Shown here: positions 18,713 through 28,969 of the stretch, one piece after another | Numbering within the stretch: position 1 is the stretch's first letter | Layout of the letters: each line of letters begins with the position of its first letter | IMG/VR virus record: IMGVR_UViG_3300042866_001263 | Strand: one strand, 5' to 3' | From: a virus | Taxonomy: Duplodnaviria; Caudoviricetes | DNA length: 64,000 bases | Program-made: the position numbers and the translations under genes | The notes under the pieces: model-generated | Seen by the model: the letters and a program-made list of their open reading frames with translations, nothing else | What the model was told of the DNA's origin: nothing | Databases searched by the model: none

Positions 18713-19300
18713 ATGGCATCGTCAAACGTAAGTCAGTTCCTACAAACTATCGGTCAGGGCGTGAAGCCCAACATGTTCCTGATCGATGTTCAGTTCCCAG
18801 CAACTCTTTCTAAGCAAACTGAAGATCAAAATCTCACAAATCTTCTTTGTAAGTCAGCAGCACTCCCTGGTTCCAACCTAGGAGTTATCGAAGTTCCTTT
18901 CCGTGGAAGAACAGTTAAGATCGCAGGTGATCGCACCTTTGATACTTGGACTGCTACCTTCTTCAACGATAAGGATTTCAAACTACGCTCATTCTTTGAG
19001 CAGTGGGCAAACAGCATCAACACTCATGAGGGTAACACTGCTCCTCTATTCACGCCAAATAACTCCAGTGGTTACATGGCAGATCTTGCTGTCAAGCAAC
19101 TTGAGAAAGATGCTAGTGAAGAAGGTGCGATCCTCAGATCGTACTCACTCAAGTACTGCTTCCCAACTAATGTTTCTCAGATTGATGTTGCTTATGATAG
19201 CAACGATCAGATTGAAGAATTCACAGTTGAGTTCCAGTACTCATACTTCACTGCTACCGCAGGGACCAGACAAGGAGTTTCTTCAATTCCAGTAGTCTGA
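18713..19300 (+). CDS. gp19: Tail tube protein
   Basis: LCKSAALPGSNLGVIEVPFRGRTVKIAGDRTFDTW. Confidence 0.97.
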   Translation: MASSNVSQFLQTIGQGVKPNMFLIDVQFPATLSKQTEDQNLTNLLCKSAALPGSNLGVIEVPFRGRTVKIAGDRTFDTWTATFFNDKDFKLRSFFEQWANSINTHEGNTAPLFTPNNSSGYMADLAVKQLEKDASEEGAILRSYSLKYCFPTNVSQIDVAYDSNDQIEEFTVEFQYSYFTATAGTRQGVSSIPVV

Positions 19301-19334
19301 TAAATAGTTGGAAGCAGTATTTGAATAAGTAATC

Positions 19335-21044
19335 ATGAGTCAACTTTTTGGCTTCCAAATTAATCGAAAGGAGGGACAGAAGGGACAATCCCCTGTCCCT
19401 CCTTCTGCTGAGGAACCAATCTCAGTAGCAGCAGGTGGTTATTATGGAACGTATGTAGAAACCGATACCGCAGCTCAAGCTCGCAACGAGTACGAACTAA
19501 TTCGTCGTTATCGTGATATGGCACTTCATCCAGAAGTTGATAGTGCTATTGATGAAGTTGTAAATGAATTTGTTGTTAGTGATGCTAACGATACTCCAGT
19601 TGAAATCAACTTAGATAATCTAGATGTTGGATCTGGAGTAAAGACTAAAATTAGAAACGAATTTGAACACATCAAAAAACTTTTAAATTTTGATAATAGA
19701 GCACATGAGATTGTGCGTAATTGGTATATTGATGGAAGACTATATTACCATAAAGTCATAGATTTAGACAACCCAAAGAAAGGAATTCTTGAACTTCGTT
19801 ACGTTGATCCAATGAAGATCAAGAAGGTCCGTCAAAAACTTGATGACAAACCAAAAGATTCTCTTGCTCGTGCAGCAATTAAAGGCACAGCACTTGAGTA
19901 TGAGTATGGAACTTTTGTAGACTACTTCCTATACAATCCAAAAGGATTTTATCAAGGTGGAGTATTGGGACCAATTGGTGATATGAGTTTATCACAAGGC
20001 GTAAAGATGGCGCCCGATTCTATTACATTTGTTCCATCTGGTTTACAAGATCTCAACAAAAGAATGGTGTTGAGTTTTCTTCATAAGGCTATCAAGTCTC
20101 TCAATCAACTTAGAATGATTGAAGATAGTTTGGTAATCTATCGTCTCTCTCGTGCTCCAGAGCGTAGAATTTTTTATATCGATGTAGGTAATCTTCCAAA
20201 AGTAAAAGCGGAACAATATCTACGTGATGTAATGTCTCGTTACAGAAATAAACTCGTATATGATTCTTCAACTGGAGAGATGCGTGATGATAAAAAGCAT
20301 ATGTCTATGCTTGAGGATTTCTGGTTACCTCGCCGTGAGGGTGGTAGAGGAACTGAAATCACTACACTCCCAGGAGGTCAGAACCTTGGTGAACTCAAGG
20401 ATGTTGAGTATTTCAAAAAGAAACTTTACAACTCACTCAACCTACCACCTTCCCGCCTTACGGATGACAACAAAGGGTTTAATCTTGGTAAGACCACAGA
20501 GGTTCTCAGGGATGAACTCAAGTTTGCGAAATTTATAGGTCGTCTCCGCAAACGCTTCAGCGAAATGTTCCAGGACATGCTGAAGACCCAACTTATTCTC
20601 AAAGGTGTCATTTCACCAGAAGATTGGGATGACATGAAGGAGCATATCCAATATGACTTCCTGTTTGACAACCATTTCAACGAACTCAAAGAAATTGAAA
20701 TGATGACCCAGCGCATTGCTGTCGTTACACAAATGGATCCTTTTGCTGGTAAGTATTTCTCTGTTGAATATATCCGCAAGCATATTCTCAATCAAACTGA
20801 TAAGACATTCAAGGAGATTGATAAGCAGATGAAGTCCGAGATTTCTTCTGGTCTTGCAATTGATCCTAAGCAAACAAATATGATGGATACGATGCAGCAA
20901 CAAAACACTGCATTTAGTCCAGAAATTTCAAACATTCAAGCACAGGATGCTGCTGCCAGAGAAGCGGAAGCAGCTGATGCTAATTTGGATAGAGAGATGG
21001 AAAAGATGAAAGCGCAACCTAAACCTGCGCCAAAGTCTAAATAA
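19335..21044 (+). CDS. gp20: Portal protein
   Basis: YRLSRAPERRIFYIDVGNLP, MLEDFWLPRREGGRGTEI; TAAATA at 19301. Confidence 0.98.
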   Translation: MSQLFGFQINRKEGQKGQSPVPPSAEEPISVAAGGYYGTYVETDTAAQARNEYELIRRYRDMALHPEVDSAIDEVVNEFVVSDANDTPVEINLDNLDVGSGVKTKIRNEFEHIKKLLNFDNRAHEIVRNWYIDGRLYYHKVIDLDNPKKGILELRYVDPMKIKKVRQKLDDKPKDSLARAAIKGTALEYEYGTFVDYFLYNPKGFYQGGVLGPIGDMSLSQGVKMAPDSITFVPSGLQDLNKRMVLSFLHKAIKSLNQLRMIEDSLVIYRLSRAPERRIFYIDVGNLPKVKAEQYLRDVMSRYRNKLVYDSSTGEMRDDKKHMSMLEDFWLPRREGGRGTEITTLPGGQNLGELKDVEYFKKKLYNSLNLPPSRLTDDNKGFNLGKTTEVLRDELKFAKFIGRLRKRFSEMFQDMLKTQLILKGVISPEDWDDMKEHIQYDFLFDNHFNELKEIEMMTQRIAVVTQMDPFAGKYFSVEYIRKHILNQTDKTFKEIDKQMKSEISSGLAIDPKQTNMMDTMQQQNTAFSPEISNIQAQDAAAREAEAADANLDREMEKMKAQPKPAPKSK

Positions 21045-21064
21045 TTCTATATTGTTATATTATC

Positions 21065-21274
21065 ATGACTGAAACTAATAACGAAATGGGTGCTGTTGAT
21101 ATTGTTGGTAAGATCAGCAATAACGACAGAGCATCAGCAATTGACGCAATCCATGACATGCTATTCGCTAAAGCATCTGATGCTATGGCGCAATATAAGC
21201 AGGTAGTGGCAAACACATTCTTTGACGAACCAACCGAAACCGAGACCGATGAAACTGATAACGGAACAGATTGA
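21065..21274 (+). CDS. Small prohead core-associated protein (T4 gp67/68 position)
   Basis: Between gp20 and gp21; TAAATA at 21038. Confidence 0.65.
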   Translation: MTETNNEMGAVDIVGKISNNDRASAIDAIHDMLFAKASDAMAQYKQVVANTFFDEPTETETDETDNGTD

Positions 21275-21893
21275 GGACGTAAAAGTTCTCACAGAAGAAA
21301 AGAACGGAAAGAAACTTCTTTATATTGAAGGAGTTTTTCTTCAGTCTGAACTGAAGAACAGAAATGGACGCATGTATCCATTTGATGTTCTCGATCGTGA
21401 GGTAACGAGATATAACGAAGAGTATGTAAAAACTAAGAGAGCTCTTGGAGAACTAGGACACCCAGATGGTCCTACTGTAAATCTAGATAGAGTGTCTCAT
21501 AGAATTACAGATCTCCGTGCCGAGGGTCATAACTTCTATGGAAAGGCACAAATTCTAGATACACCTATGGGCAACATTGCTCGCTCACTTTTAGAAGAGG
21601 GAGTACAACTTGGTGTTTCTTCTCGTGGTATGGGAAGTATCGATAAGCGTGAAGATATCTCTATTGTACGTGATGACTTCATGCTCACAACTGCTGCTGA
21701 TATCGTAGCAGATCCTTCCGCACCAGATGCTTTTGTAAACGGCATCATGGAAGGAAAAGAGTGGGTTTGGGAGAACGGTATTCTCAAGGAAGCAAAAGTT
21801 GATAAATACCGCAAGTATATTGATGAGGCAACTCGTCAAAATCTAGAGGCAAGAACGCTCAAGGTCTTTGAGCATTTTCTCTCAAATCTTTGA
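21249..21893 (+). CDS. gp21: Prohead protease
   Basis: KNRNGRMYP, ALGELGHP, GVSSRGMGS, DIVADPSAPDAFV. Confidence 0.97.
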   Translation: MKLITEQIEDVKVLTEEKNGKKLLYIEGVFLQSELKNRNGRMYPFDVLDREVTRYNEEYVKTKRALGELGHPDGPTVNLDRVSHRITDLRAEGHNFYGKAQILDTPMGNIARSLLEEGVQLGVSSRGMGSIDKREDISIVRDDFMLTTAADIVADPSAPDAFVNGIMEGKEWVWENGILKEAKVDKYRKYIDEATRQNLEARTLKVFEHFLSNL

Positions 21894-21944
21894 TTTAATA
21901 AATAAACTTAGAATAATTATACGGAAATTAAGAGGTAAACTCAA

Positions 21945-23111
21945 ATGTCAGATATGCTAAACGAAAAGTTTGAAGAGTTTGTTACTGAGCAAAAAGTTAT
22001 TCTGGAAGCTGGCGATCCTATGCCGACTGTTCAAGCTTCCGTGATCCCTGGCTCTGGTAGCGATCCTTCACAGGTTTCTGACGTTCAGACTGCGAAGGCT
22101 GGCGGCAAAGATCCTGCACCCACCGTCCAACCTTCTGTTGCGATCGGTCAATCAGCTCCTGCTGATCTAGGCGGTTCAACTTCCGCACCTCTTCATTCTA
22201 ATAATGAAGATGGCGAAGAGAACCCTGGTGCAAAAGCAGCAGCACCTATCTCGCAAATTTCTGGTGATCCTCAGTTTGCAGCAAAGAAAGATGCTGGCGA
22301 TCAAGGAACTCAACCAACAGTAAATGTTGCCGCAGCATACGGCATCACTAAAATGGGCGGAAATGTCACCTATCCAATCAAAGCTGGATTTGAAATTGAC
22401 ATGACCGACGACGTAAATGCTCTACTAGAGGGAACTGAACTCTCCGCTGAATTTGCTGAAAAGGCAAAAACAATTTTTGAAGCGGCAGTTACAGCAAAAC
22501 TCAACGAAGAGTATGACAGACTTGTAGAACACTTTGCCACAGAACTAGACAAGCAAGTTGAAGCAGCTAAGAGCGAACTTGCTGAGGAAGTTAACGGCAC
22601 TGTGAACTACGCCATTGGTCAGTGGATGGAAGAAAATCAAGTAGCCATCGACCGTGGTATCAGAAATGAGATTACCGAAGACTTCATTGCAGGTCTCAAG
22701 GGTCTCTTTGAAGAGCACTACATTTCAATCCCAGACGAGAAAATCGATGTGGTTGAAGGTATGGCCGAATCAATTCGTGAAATGGAAGAGCGCCTCGACG
22801 AACAGGTTAAGGCTAATGTGAAACTACAAAATCGTCTGAATGAGACTGCAAAAATCAATGTTCTGAACACTGTTTCAGAAGGACTCGCAGATACTCAAAA
22901 AGAAAAACTCGCAGCACTTGCTGAAGGTCTTGAGTTTGTTTCAGAAGAAGATTTCTCCAGAAAGGTAAAAACCATCAAGGAGTCATACTTCAAAGAAACA
23001 GTTGCAATTCCATCAGAAGCTTCTGACGAATCTCCAGTAGAAGGTGCAGGTCAAGAGGTATCACCAGCAATGGCACAATATCTCCAAGCACTCAACCGCT
23101 GGGCAAACTGA
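21945..23111 (+). CDS. gp22: Prohead core scaffold
   Basis: FAEKAKTIFEAAV, acidic coiled coil; synteny; TAAATA at 21899. Confidence 0.95.
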   Translation: MSDMLNEKFEEFVTEQKVILEAGDPMPTVQASVIPGSGSDPSQVSDVQTAKAGGKDPAPTVQPSVAIGQSAPADLGGSTSAPLHSNNEDGEENPGAKAAAPISQISGDPQFAAKKDAGDQGTQPTVNVAAAYGITKMGGNVTYPIKAGFEIDMTDDVNALLEGTELSAEFAEKAKTIFEAAVTAKLNEEYDRLVEHFATELDKQVEAAKSELAEEVNGTVNYAIGQWMEENQVAIDRGIRNEITEDFIAGLKGLFEEHYISIPDEKIDVVEGMAESIREMEERLDEQVKANVKLQNRLNETAKINVLNTVSEGLADTQKEKLAALAEGLEFVSEEDFSRKVKTIKESYFKETVAIPSEASDESPVEGAGQEVSPAMAQYLQALNRWAN

Positions 23112-23150
23112 TTAATTTATTAACACTAACTTTCCTATCGGAGCAAACAA

Positions 23151-24590
23151 ATGTTTAACGCAAAAGCTCTAACAGAAAAGTGGTCACCTGTTCTAGGTCA
23201 TGAGGGCGCTGGCGCAATCAAGGACAATTATAGAAAGGCTGTTACCGCTGTTCTTTTAGAAAACACAGAAAAGGCGCTACGTGAAGAGCGTGGCATGATC
23301 AACGAAGCATCCAACACTGTTGGTGCTATCAGTGCTTCAGGACTTTCTGGTTCGGCACTAGGAACTCAAACTGGTGGTCTTGCAGGTTTCGATCCTGTTA
23401 TGATCTCCCTAATCCGCCGTGCAATGCCTAACCTCGTTGCATATGATATCTGCGGTGTTCAACCAATGAGCGGTCCTACTGGACTTATCTTCGCAATGAA
23501 GTATCACTATCAGGAAAATGGTTCAGGTCTTCGTACTGGCCCAGAAGCTCTCTACAACGAGCCTGATAGCAACTTCTCTGCTTCTTCACTTGGTTCTGCT
23601 GTATACAACCAGACCAATGCTGCTGGTGGTGATGACACCCATCCTCGTGGTACTGTTGATCCTTCGAACCCAGATGCTAACCCAGGTCTTCTAAATGATT
23701 CACCTGCTGGTGTATATGAGCGTGGTTCAACCGCTATTCCTCGTGAGACTGCTGAAATCCTAGGTTCTGGCGCTGGTTCTCTATTCAACGAAATGAGCTT
23801 CAGCATCGAGAAGACTTCGGTACAAGCACGTACCAGAGCTCTCAAGGCAGAATACACCCTAGAACTAGCACAAGACCTCAAGGCAATCCATGGTCTTGAT
23901 GCTGAGCAAGAACTCGCTAACCTACTCTCCAGCGAAATCCTCGCTGAGATCAACCGTGAAGTTGTAAGAACCGTTTACACCGTTGCTAAGCCTGGTGCTC
24001 AGAACAACGTTGCTAACGCTGGTATCTTCGACCTTGACGTTGACTCAAATGGTCGCTGGTCAGTTGAGAAGTTCAAGGGTCTAATGTTCCAAGTTGAGCG
24101 TGATGCAAACGCAATCGCTCAGCAAACCCGTCGTGGTAAGGGCAACTTCATCATCACTTCTGCTGACGTTGCTTCTGCTCTTGCTATGAGCGGCACCCTT
24201 GACTATTCTTCAGGTCTAAGCGGCGCTGGTGGTCCTTCCATCGGTGAAGTTGATGACACTGGTAACCTCCTAGTAGGAACCATGAACGGTCGCATCAAGG
24301 TCTACGTTGATCCTTATTCGGCAAACGTTTCCAGCAACCACTACTACGTTGTTGGTTATAAGGGCACTTCACCTTATGACGCAGGACTATTCTACTGCCC
24401 ATACGTTCCCCTTCAGATGCTCCGCAGCATTGATCCTAACACCTTCCAGCCAAAGATTGGCTTCAAGACCCGTTACGGAATGGTTGCTAACCCATTTGTC
24501 ACCCAGGCAAACGGAACCCCAGATGCTGAGACCCTCACTGCATCACGTAACCAGTACTACAGAAGAGTACTTGTTAAGAACCTCATGTGA
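23151..24590 (+). CDS. gp23: Major capsid protein
   Basis: LIRRAMPNLVAYDICGVQPMSGPTGLIFAM, KAEYTLELAQDLKAIHGLDAE. Confidence 0.99.
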   Translation: MFNAKALTEKWSPVLGHEGAGAIKDNYRKAVTAVLLENTEKALREERGMINEASNTVGAISASGLSGSALGTQTGGLAGFDPVMISLIRRAMPNLVAYDICGVQPMSGPTGLIFAMKYHYQENGSGLRTGPEALYNEPDSNFSASSLGSAVYNQTNAAGGDDTHPRGTVDPSNPDANPGLLNDSPAGVYERGSTAIPRETAEILGSGAGSLFNEMSFSIEKTSVQARTRALKAEYTLELAQDLKAIHGLDAEQELANLLSSEILAEINREVVRTVYTVAKPGAQNNVANAGIFDLDVDSNGRWSVEKFKGLMFQVERDANAIAQQTRRGKGNFIITSADVASALAMSGTLDYSSGLSGAGGPSIGEVDDTGNLLVGTMNGRIKVYVDPYSANVSSNHYYVVGYKGTSPYDAGLFYCPYVPLQMLRSIDPNTFQPKIGFKTRYGMVANPFVTQANGTPDAETLTASRNQYYRRVLVKNLM

Positions 24591-24609
24591 TCCATTCACA
24601 ATTCAACAC

Positions 24610-24638
24610 AAAGGGACCCCAAAAGGGTCCCTTTTTTT
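24610..24638 (+). terminator. Intrinsic terminator after gp23; late promoter core at 24640-24645
   Basis: AAAGGGACCC-CAAAA-GGGTCCCTTT followed by a T run, then GTAAATA. Confidence 0.9.
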
Positions 24639-24667
24639 GTAAATAGTTAACAGCAATTTATTACGTT

Positions 24668-24829
24668 ATGCCAAGAGGTCGTCTATCAAAGGTTGACATA
24701 CTTCCAAAACTTTATAAAATGAAAAGAGACCTTCACGAAAATCAATCTCAAAGATCTAGAGAATGGACTGAAGGCGCACAAGATACACTCAATAAACTTA
24801 TTGATTTTATAAACGAGTATCATACATGA
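24668..24829 (+). CDS. 53-aa hypothetical protein (not in ORF track)
   Basis: MPRGRLSKVDILPKLYKMKRD...; ATGA overlap with the next ORF. Confidence 0.65.
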   Translation: MPRGRLSKVDILPKLYKMKRDLHENQSQRSREWTEGAQDTLNKLIDFINEYHT

Positions 24830-25011
24830 ACCAGTCTTCTCTTTTATTACTATTGTGTCTATCACCGTTAGCGGTGATCTTCATAATTATGAAGATGGCA
24901 TTATGGATTGGAGAGACTGCTTCCTTTGCAGAAAAAACTAAGGAGTTGAAAAGAATGCAGCATGGTCCATATATTATTTGGGACGAGGAGGAAGAAGAGG
25001 AGTGGATCTAG
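24826..25011 (+). CDS. Small membrane protein
   Basis: N-terminal TM segment, acidic tail. Confidence 0.65.
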   Translation: MNQSSLLLLLCLSPLAVIFIIMKMALWIGETASFAEKTKELKRMQHGPYIIWDEEEEEEWI

Positions 25012-25160
25012 ATCATTTGTATAAAAGAATTGCTAGGGCAAGGAATGACATTCTGATGGAAGAGCCATGCCCTATGTACGAACCACAATGGGAGGCACAG
25101 GATTATGGAAATGCAACAAGAAAAACTAGTAACTCAAACAGAATGCAAGGAGATGATTGA
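25002..25160 (+). CDS. Small hypothetical protein
   Basis: GTG start after a purine-rich tract; DLDHLYKRIARARNDILMEEPCPMYE. Confidence 0.5.
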   Translation: MDLDHLYKRIARARNDILMEEPCPMYEPQWEAQDYGNATRKTSNSNRMQGDD

Positions 25161-25308
25161 TGCTGCTATACGACAGCACAATAGGAATGCTTCCATTATT
25201 TCTATGTGTGTTGGTTGGGTGGTGCTTTCTTTATTTGCTGAAGGATTGCTAAGACTTGTTGGTGTTATTCCACCATTACTACCATGGCTCAAAATCACAT
25301 TGAACTAA
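25105..25308 (+). CDS. Small membrane protein
   Basis: DAAIRQHNRNASIISMCVGWVVLSLFAEGLLRL. Confidence 0.7.
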   Translation: MEMQQEKLVTQTECKEMIDAAIRQHNRNASIISMCVGWVVLSLFAEGLLRLVGVIPPLLPWLKITLN

Positions 25309-25463
25309 TAGGTTGTGTTTTATTATTAGTGTTTGCCGCTACAATGTTTTATCAGGGAACAATGATCCTAAGAGGTCAGCGTGGATATTCTCTCAGAGAT
25401 TATATGAAGCAAGAAAGCACTAATATGCGTCACAGAATAGAGGAACTACTCAAGGATAAATAG
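25284..25463 (+). CDS. 59-aa membrane protein (not in ORF track)
   Basis: MAQNHIELIGCVLLLVFAATMFYQGTMILRGQRG... Confidence 0.6.
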   Translation: MAQNHIELIGCVLLLVFAATMFYQGTMILRGQRGYSLRDYMKQESTNMRHRIEELLKDK

Positions 25464-25483
25464 CAATAGCTTGGGAAGTTGAC

Positions 25484-26002
25484 ATGACCGCTGAATGGTA
25501 TAAGGAGCAACCTAGGAATAGAAATTTTCTAAATCCTATTGGTTATCTCCTGAAGTTGGATAAATTTGAGGGAACAGATTTCTTTTGCCAAAGAGCAAAT
25601 GTTCCTGATATTACAATGCCAACGATTGAATATGCTACAAGATTTCGTAATCTACCAATGATCCCTGGAGGTGGAGTGACCTTTGGGGATTTTACAGTAC
25701 AATTTATTGTTGATGAAGACCTAAAAAATTACTATTCCATTCATCAATGGATGCGTCAGAATGGCAGAGCAGATGATGATACTGACACTCCACCACAAGA
25801 AGAATACAGTAATGCTCAACTTCATATTGTAACTTCATCGTACAATCCAGCATTTATTGTATCCTTTGAAAATATTTTTCCAGTGTCATTGTCTGGTCTA
25901 GAATTCAATGCTACAATGACAGATGTAGAATATCTTACTGCTGAAGTAACCTTCAAGCATCAAAGATTTTTTATCCTTGACAAAAACATGAAACGTCTAT
26001 GA
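25484..26002 (+). CDS. gp3: Tail tube terminator / tail completion protein
   Basis: NRNFLNPIGY, DFFCQRANVP, FIVDEDLKNY; TAAATA at 25457. Confidence 0.9.
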   Translation: MTAEWYKEQPRNRNFLNPIGYLLKLDKFEGTDFFCQRANVPDITMPTIEYATRFRNLPMIPGGGVTFGDFTVQFIVDEDLKNYYSIHQWMRQNGRADDDTDTPPQEEYSNAQLHIVTSSYNPAFIVSFENIFPVSLSGLEFNATMTDVEYLTAEVTFKHQRFFILDKNMKRL

Positions 26003-26472
26003 ATTTTGAAACTCTTCGTAATAAATTTGAAAAACTCAGAGAAGAATGGGCAGAGGATAGCGCAGTAGATTTTCAGTTCAAGAACAAACAGTATAGCACA
26101 GATCTTGGACAACTTGCGTTAGACATCCCTTTCCAACATAATAAATACTTACACCACTACACAGACATTTCCCAGATCAAAACTTCTCTGGAATTTGAAA
26201 TTAGAAAGCTTGTAAAAGAAAAACGTGAGTACTACAGCGGTGAAGCTGATGCTCGTGTTTACGCAGAAAAACCATTTGGCGGAAGAATTCAAACTTCCGA
26301 GAAAATGAGAACATACCTCGAAAGCGATGATGACATTATCAACATTGAGGCAAAGATCAAGTATCTGGACCAGATGTTGTACTGGTTGGATCAGGTCATG
26401 AAGCAGATTTCAAACAGAGGGTTTCAGATCAAGAGTGCCATTGAGTGGGAGAAATTTATTAATGGACAATAA
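25999..26472 (+). CDS. uvsY: Recombination mediator
   Basis: EYYSGEAD, YLESDDDI, RGFQIKSAIEWEKF. Confidence 0.92.
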   Translation: MNFETLRNKFEKLREEWAEDSAVDFQFKNKQYSTDLGQLALDIPFQHNKYLHHYTDISQIKTSLEFEIRKLVKEKREYYSGEADARVYAEKPFGGRIQTSEKMRTYLESDDDIINIEAKIKYLDQMLYWLDQVMKQISNRGFQIKSAIEWEKFINGQ

Positions 26473-27941
26473 TGACACTCCTTTCCGTAAAGAAGAAGAA
26501 TGAGGTTTACCTAACCATCCAATCCGCAGAGCCTCATGTTCATATGGAGCTCTCGGATTATTTTACATTTGAAGTTCCAGAAGCAAAGTTCCTCAAGAAA
26601 AATCCTCGCTACAAATATTGGGATGGAACTATTCGCCTGTATTCACCTGGAACTGGAGAACTTTATGGTGGACTGATGAAGCACCTTGAGGTGTGGGCAG
26701 CGGAGCGTCAGTACACTATACAATACGAAAAGAATGATTGGTATGGAGATGTTGCAGAAACTAACGACTTTGTTTCTCTTGCTGGTATCAAAACCTTTAT
26801 GGACAAAATCACCAGAACGGGAATTACTCCAAGAGAATATCAATACACTGCTGTCTACGAAGCAATAAAGAATAATCGCAAACTACTTCTTTCTCCTACG
26901 GGGTCTGGGAAGTCTTTGATGATCTATTCCCTCGTCAGATACTATACTGCTACCAACAAGCAAACGCTCATCATCGTCCCTACTACGTCCCTCGTAGAAC
27001 AAATGGTCAATGACTTTAAGGACTATGGTTGGAATGCCGATGATCATGTGCATAAGATTTACTCTGGTAAGGATAAGAATACTGATAAACCAATCATCAT
27101 TTCTACTTGGCAATCAATCTACAAGTTTCCTAAAAGGTACTTTGATGATTTTGATTGTGTGATTGGTGATGAAGCGCACTTGTTTAAGTCTAAGTCACTC
27201 ACAGGTATTATGACGAAGCTTCATAATGCAAAATATAGATTTGGATTTACTGGCACCCTTGACGGTAGTAAAACACATAAGTGGGTATTAGAAGGTTTAT
27301 TTGGAGATTGTGAGCGTGTAACAAAAACAGATGATTTGATACGTGAAGGGCACCTATCTAAATTTAGGATCAAAGTGCTGCTATGTAAACATGCTCCGCA
27401 ATACTTTGAAAGCTACCATGAAGAAATTGATTACCTTGTCGGTCATCGTGGTAGAAACAATCTAATCAAAAATCTAGTCAAGGATATTGAGGGTAACACG
27501 CTTGTACTATTCAACTATGTTGAGAAGCACGGTGAACCACTTTTTGATCTGATAAATAGCAGCATCGATCCCACAAGAAAAACGTTTTTTGTTCATGGTG
27601 GGACTGACGTTGAAGATAGAGAAGAAGTCAGACAAATTACCGAGAGTGAAAACAACGCTGTAATTATTGCTTCATACGGCACCTTCTCAACTGGTATCAA
27701 CATCAAACGATTACACAATATTATCTTCGCCTCTCCAAGTAAATCACGTATCAGAAATTTACAATCTATTGGACGTGTATTGCGTAAAGGTGAAGGAAAA
27801 GACATCGCAACTTTATACGACATTGCTGATGATATAGGAGGACAAAATTATACTCTGAAGCATCTGAATGAACGAGTTAATATTTACAATGAAGAAAACT
27901 TTAAGTATGAGGTTATAAAAGTAAATCTTAGATCAAGTTAA
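26472..27941 (+). CDS. uvsW: SF2 DNA helicase
   Basis: SPTGSGKS, GDEAH, GFTGT, QSIGRVLR. Confidence 0.97.
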   Translation: MTLLSVKKKNEVYLTIQSAEPHVHMELSDYFTFEVPEAKFLKKNPRYKYWDGTIRLYSPGTGELYGGLMKHLEVWAAERQYTIQYEKNDWYGDVAETNDFVSLAGIKTFMDKITRTGITPREYQYTAVYEAIKNNRKLLLSPTGSGKSLMIYSLVRYYTATNKQTLIIVPTTSLVEQMVNDFKDYGWNADDHVHKIYSGKDKNTDKPIIISTWQSIYKFPKRYFDDFDCVIGDEAHLFKSKSLTGIMTKLHNAKYRFGFTGTLDGSKTHKWVLEGLFGDCERVTKTDDLIREGHLSKFRIKVLLCKHAPQYFESYHEEIDYLVGHRGRNNLIKNLVKDIEGNTLVLFNYVEKHGEPLFDLINSSIDPTRKTFFVHGGTDVEDREEVRQITESENNAVIIASYGTFSTGINIKRLHNIIFASPSKSRIRNLQSIGRVLRKGEGKDIATLYDIADDIGGQNYTLKHLNERVNIYNEENFKYEVIKVNLRSS

Positions 27942-27942
27942 T

Positions 27943-28341
27943 ATGGAAGAAGAATTCTACGCAACGTTGAAATTAGTATCTGGGGAAGAGGTAGTAGCAA
28001 AGGTCTGCTACCTTCCAGATGAAGATAAACTTATCCTCGATAAGCCACTAGCAGTTGAAACTGCAAAACAAAAGAAAGGACAAATGGAGGTCACAGGTTT
28101 TGCGTTGAAGGAATGGATCTCAGCAACATTTGAAAATATGTTTATCATCAAACGAGATCACATCCTTACGATGACAGAACTTGATGAGACCATTGAAGAG
28201 TTTTATTTGAAAACAATTCAGAAACTTGAAAGCGCCAAAACGCTAGTTGGTAGAGGAAGTAAGCTTCCTCGTAAATCTGGATATCTAGGTTCAATCAACC
28301 AAATGAAAAAATCTTTAGAAGATATCTATAAGAAAAGTTAA
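27943..28341 (+). CDS. Conserved hypothetical protein with an N-terminal KLxSGEE motif
   Basis: YATLKLVSGEEVVAKV. Confidence 0.8.
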   Translation: MEEEFYATLKLVSGEEVVAKVCYLPDEDKLILDKPLAVETAKQKKGQMEVTGFALKEWISATFENMFIIKRDHILTMTELDETIEEFYLKTIQKLESAKTLVGRGSKLPRKSGYLGSINQMKKSLEDIYKKS

Positions 28342-28374
28342 AAGCTATATCTCTCTTGAACCCTCGACAAGGTT

Positions 28375-28403
28375 ATTGTACTGGGTTTCTGAGGTTGTGT
28401 CAA
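28375..28403 (-). promoter_or_regulatory. Antisense sigma70-type promoter, TTGACA-N17-TACAAT
   Basis: Plus-strand ATTGTA (28375-28380) and TGTCAA (28398-28403) with a 17-nt spacer. Confidence 0.7.
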
Positions 28404-28409
28404 GCCCCC

Positions 28410-28438
28410 TTTACATCTGACCAATACGATGCTATACT
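28410..28438 (+). promoter_or_regulatory. Sigma70-type promoter for gp55, TTTACA-N17-TATACT with extended TG
   Basis: TTTACA 28410-28415, TATACT 28433-28438. Confidence 0.8.
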
Positions 28439-28462
28439 TGATACAGATTATGTAAGATAACC

Positions 28463-28969
28463 GTGACATTCGCAGTAATGACCAAGAAAAAAACAGAAAA
28501 CTACGTCAATAACAAAGAGTTTCTTGCTGCGATATCCGTGTATCGACAGAAAGTTATTGCTGCGAAAGAAGCAGGGAAACCTCGACCACGAGTAACAAAT
28601 TATCTCGGAGAGTGTTTCCTCAAGATTGCCACACACTTATCTTACAAACCAAACTTTGTCAACTACATGTTTCGTGAAGACATGATTTGTGATGGGATTG
28701 AAAATTGCTTACAGTATATTGACAACTTCGATCCAGAGAAATCACAAAATCCTTTTGCGTACTTCACTCAGATTATCTACTACGCTTTTCTTCGCCGTAT
28801 TCAGAAAGAAAAGAAGCAACTTGAAATCAAAGGTAAGATCCTCGAAAGATCTGGTTATGATGAGGTCATGCACACAGACACATTTGATGGTACAATGACT
28901 GGTATGAACGCATCCTATTCCGACATGGGTACAATCAAAGAAAGTATTGAGAACCGAATGAACCGATGA
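28463..28969 (+). CDS. gp55: Late transcription sigma factor
   Basis: YVNNKEFL, NYMFREDMICDGIENC, NPFAYFTQI. Confidence 0.97.
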   Translation: MTFAVMTKKKTENYVNNKEFLAAISVYRQKVIAAKEAGKPRPRVTNYLGECFLKIATHLSYKPNFVNYMFREDMICDGIENCLQYIDNFDPEKSQNPFAYFTQIIYYAFLRRIQKEKKQLEIKGKILERSGYDEVMHTDTFDGTMTGMNASYSDMGTIKESIENRMNR

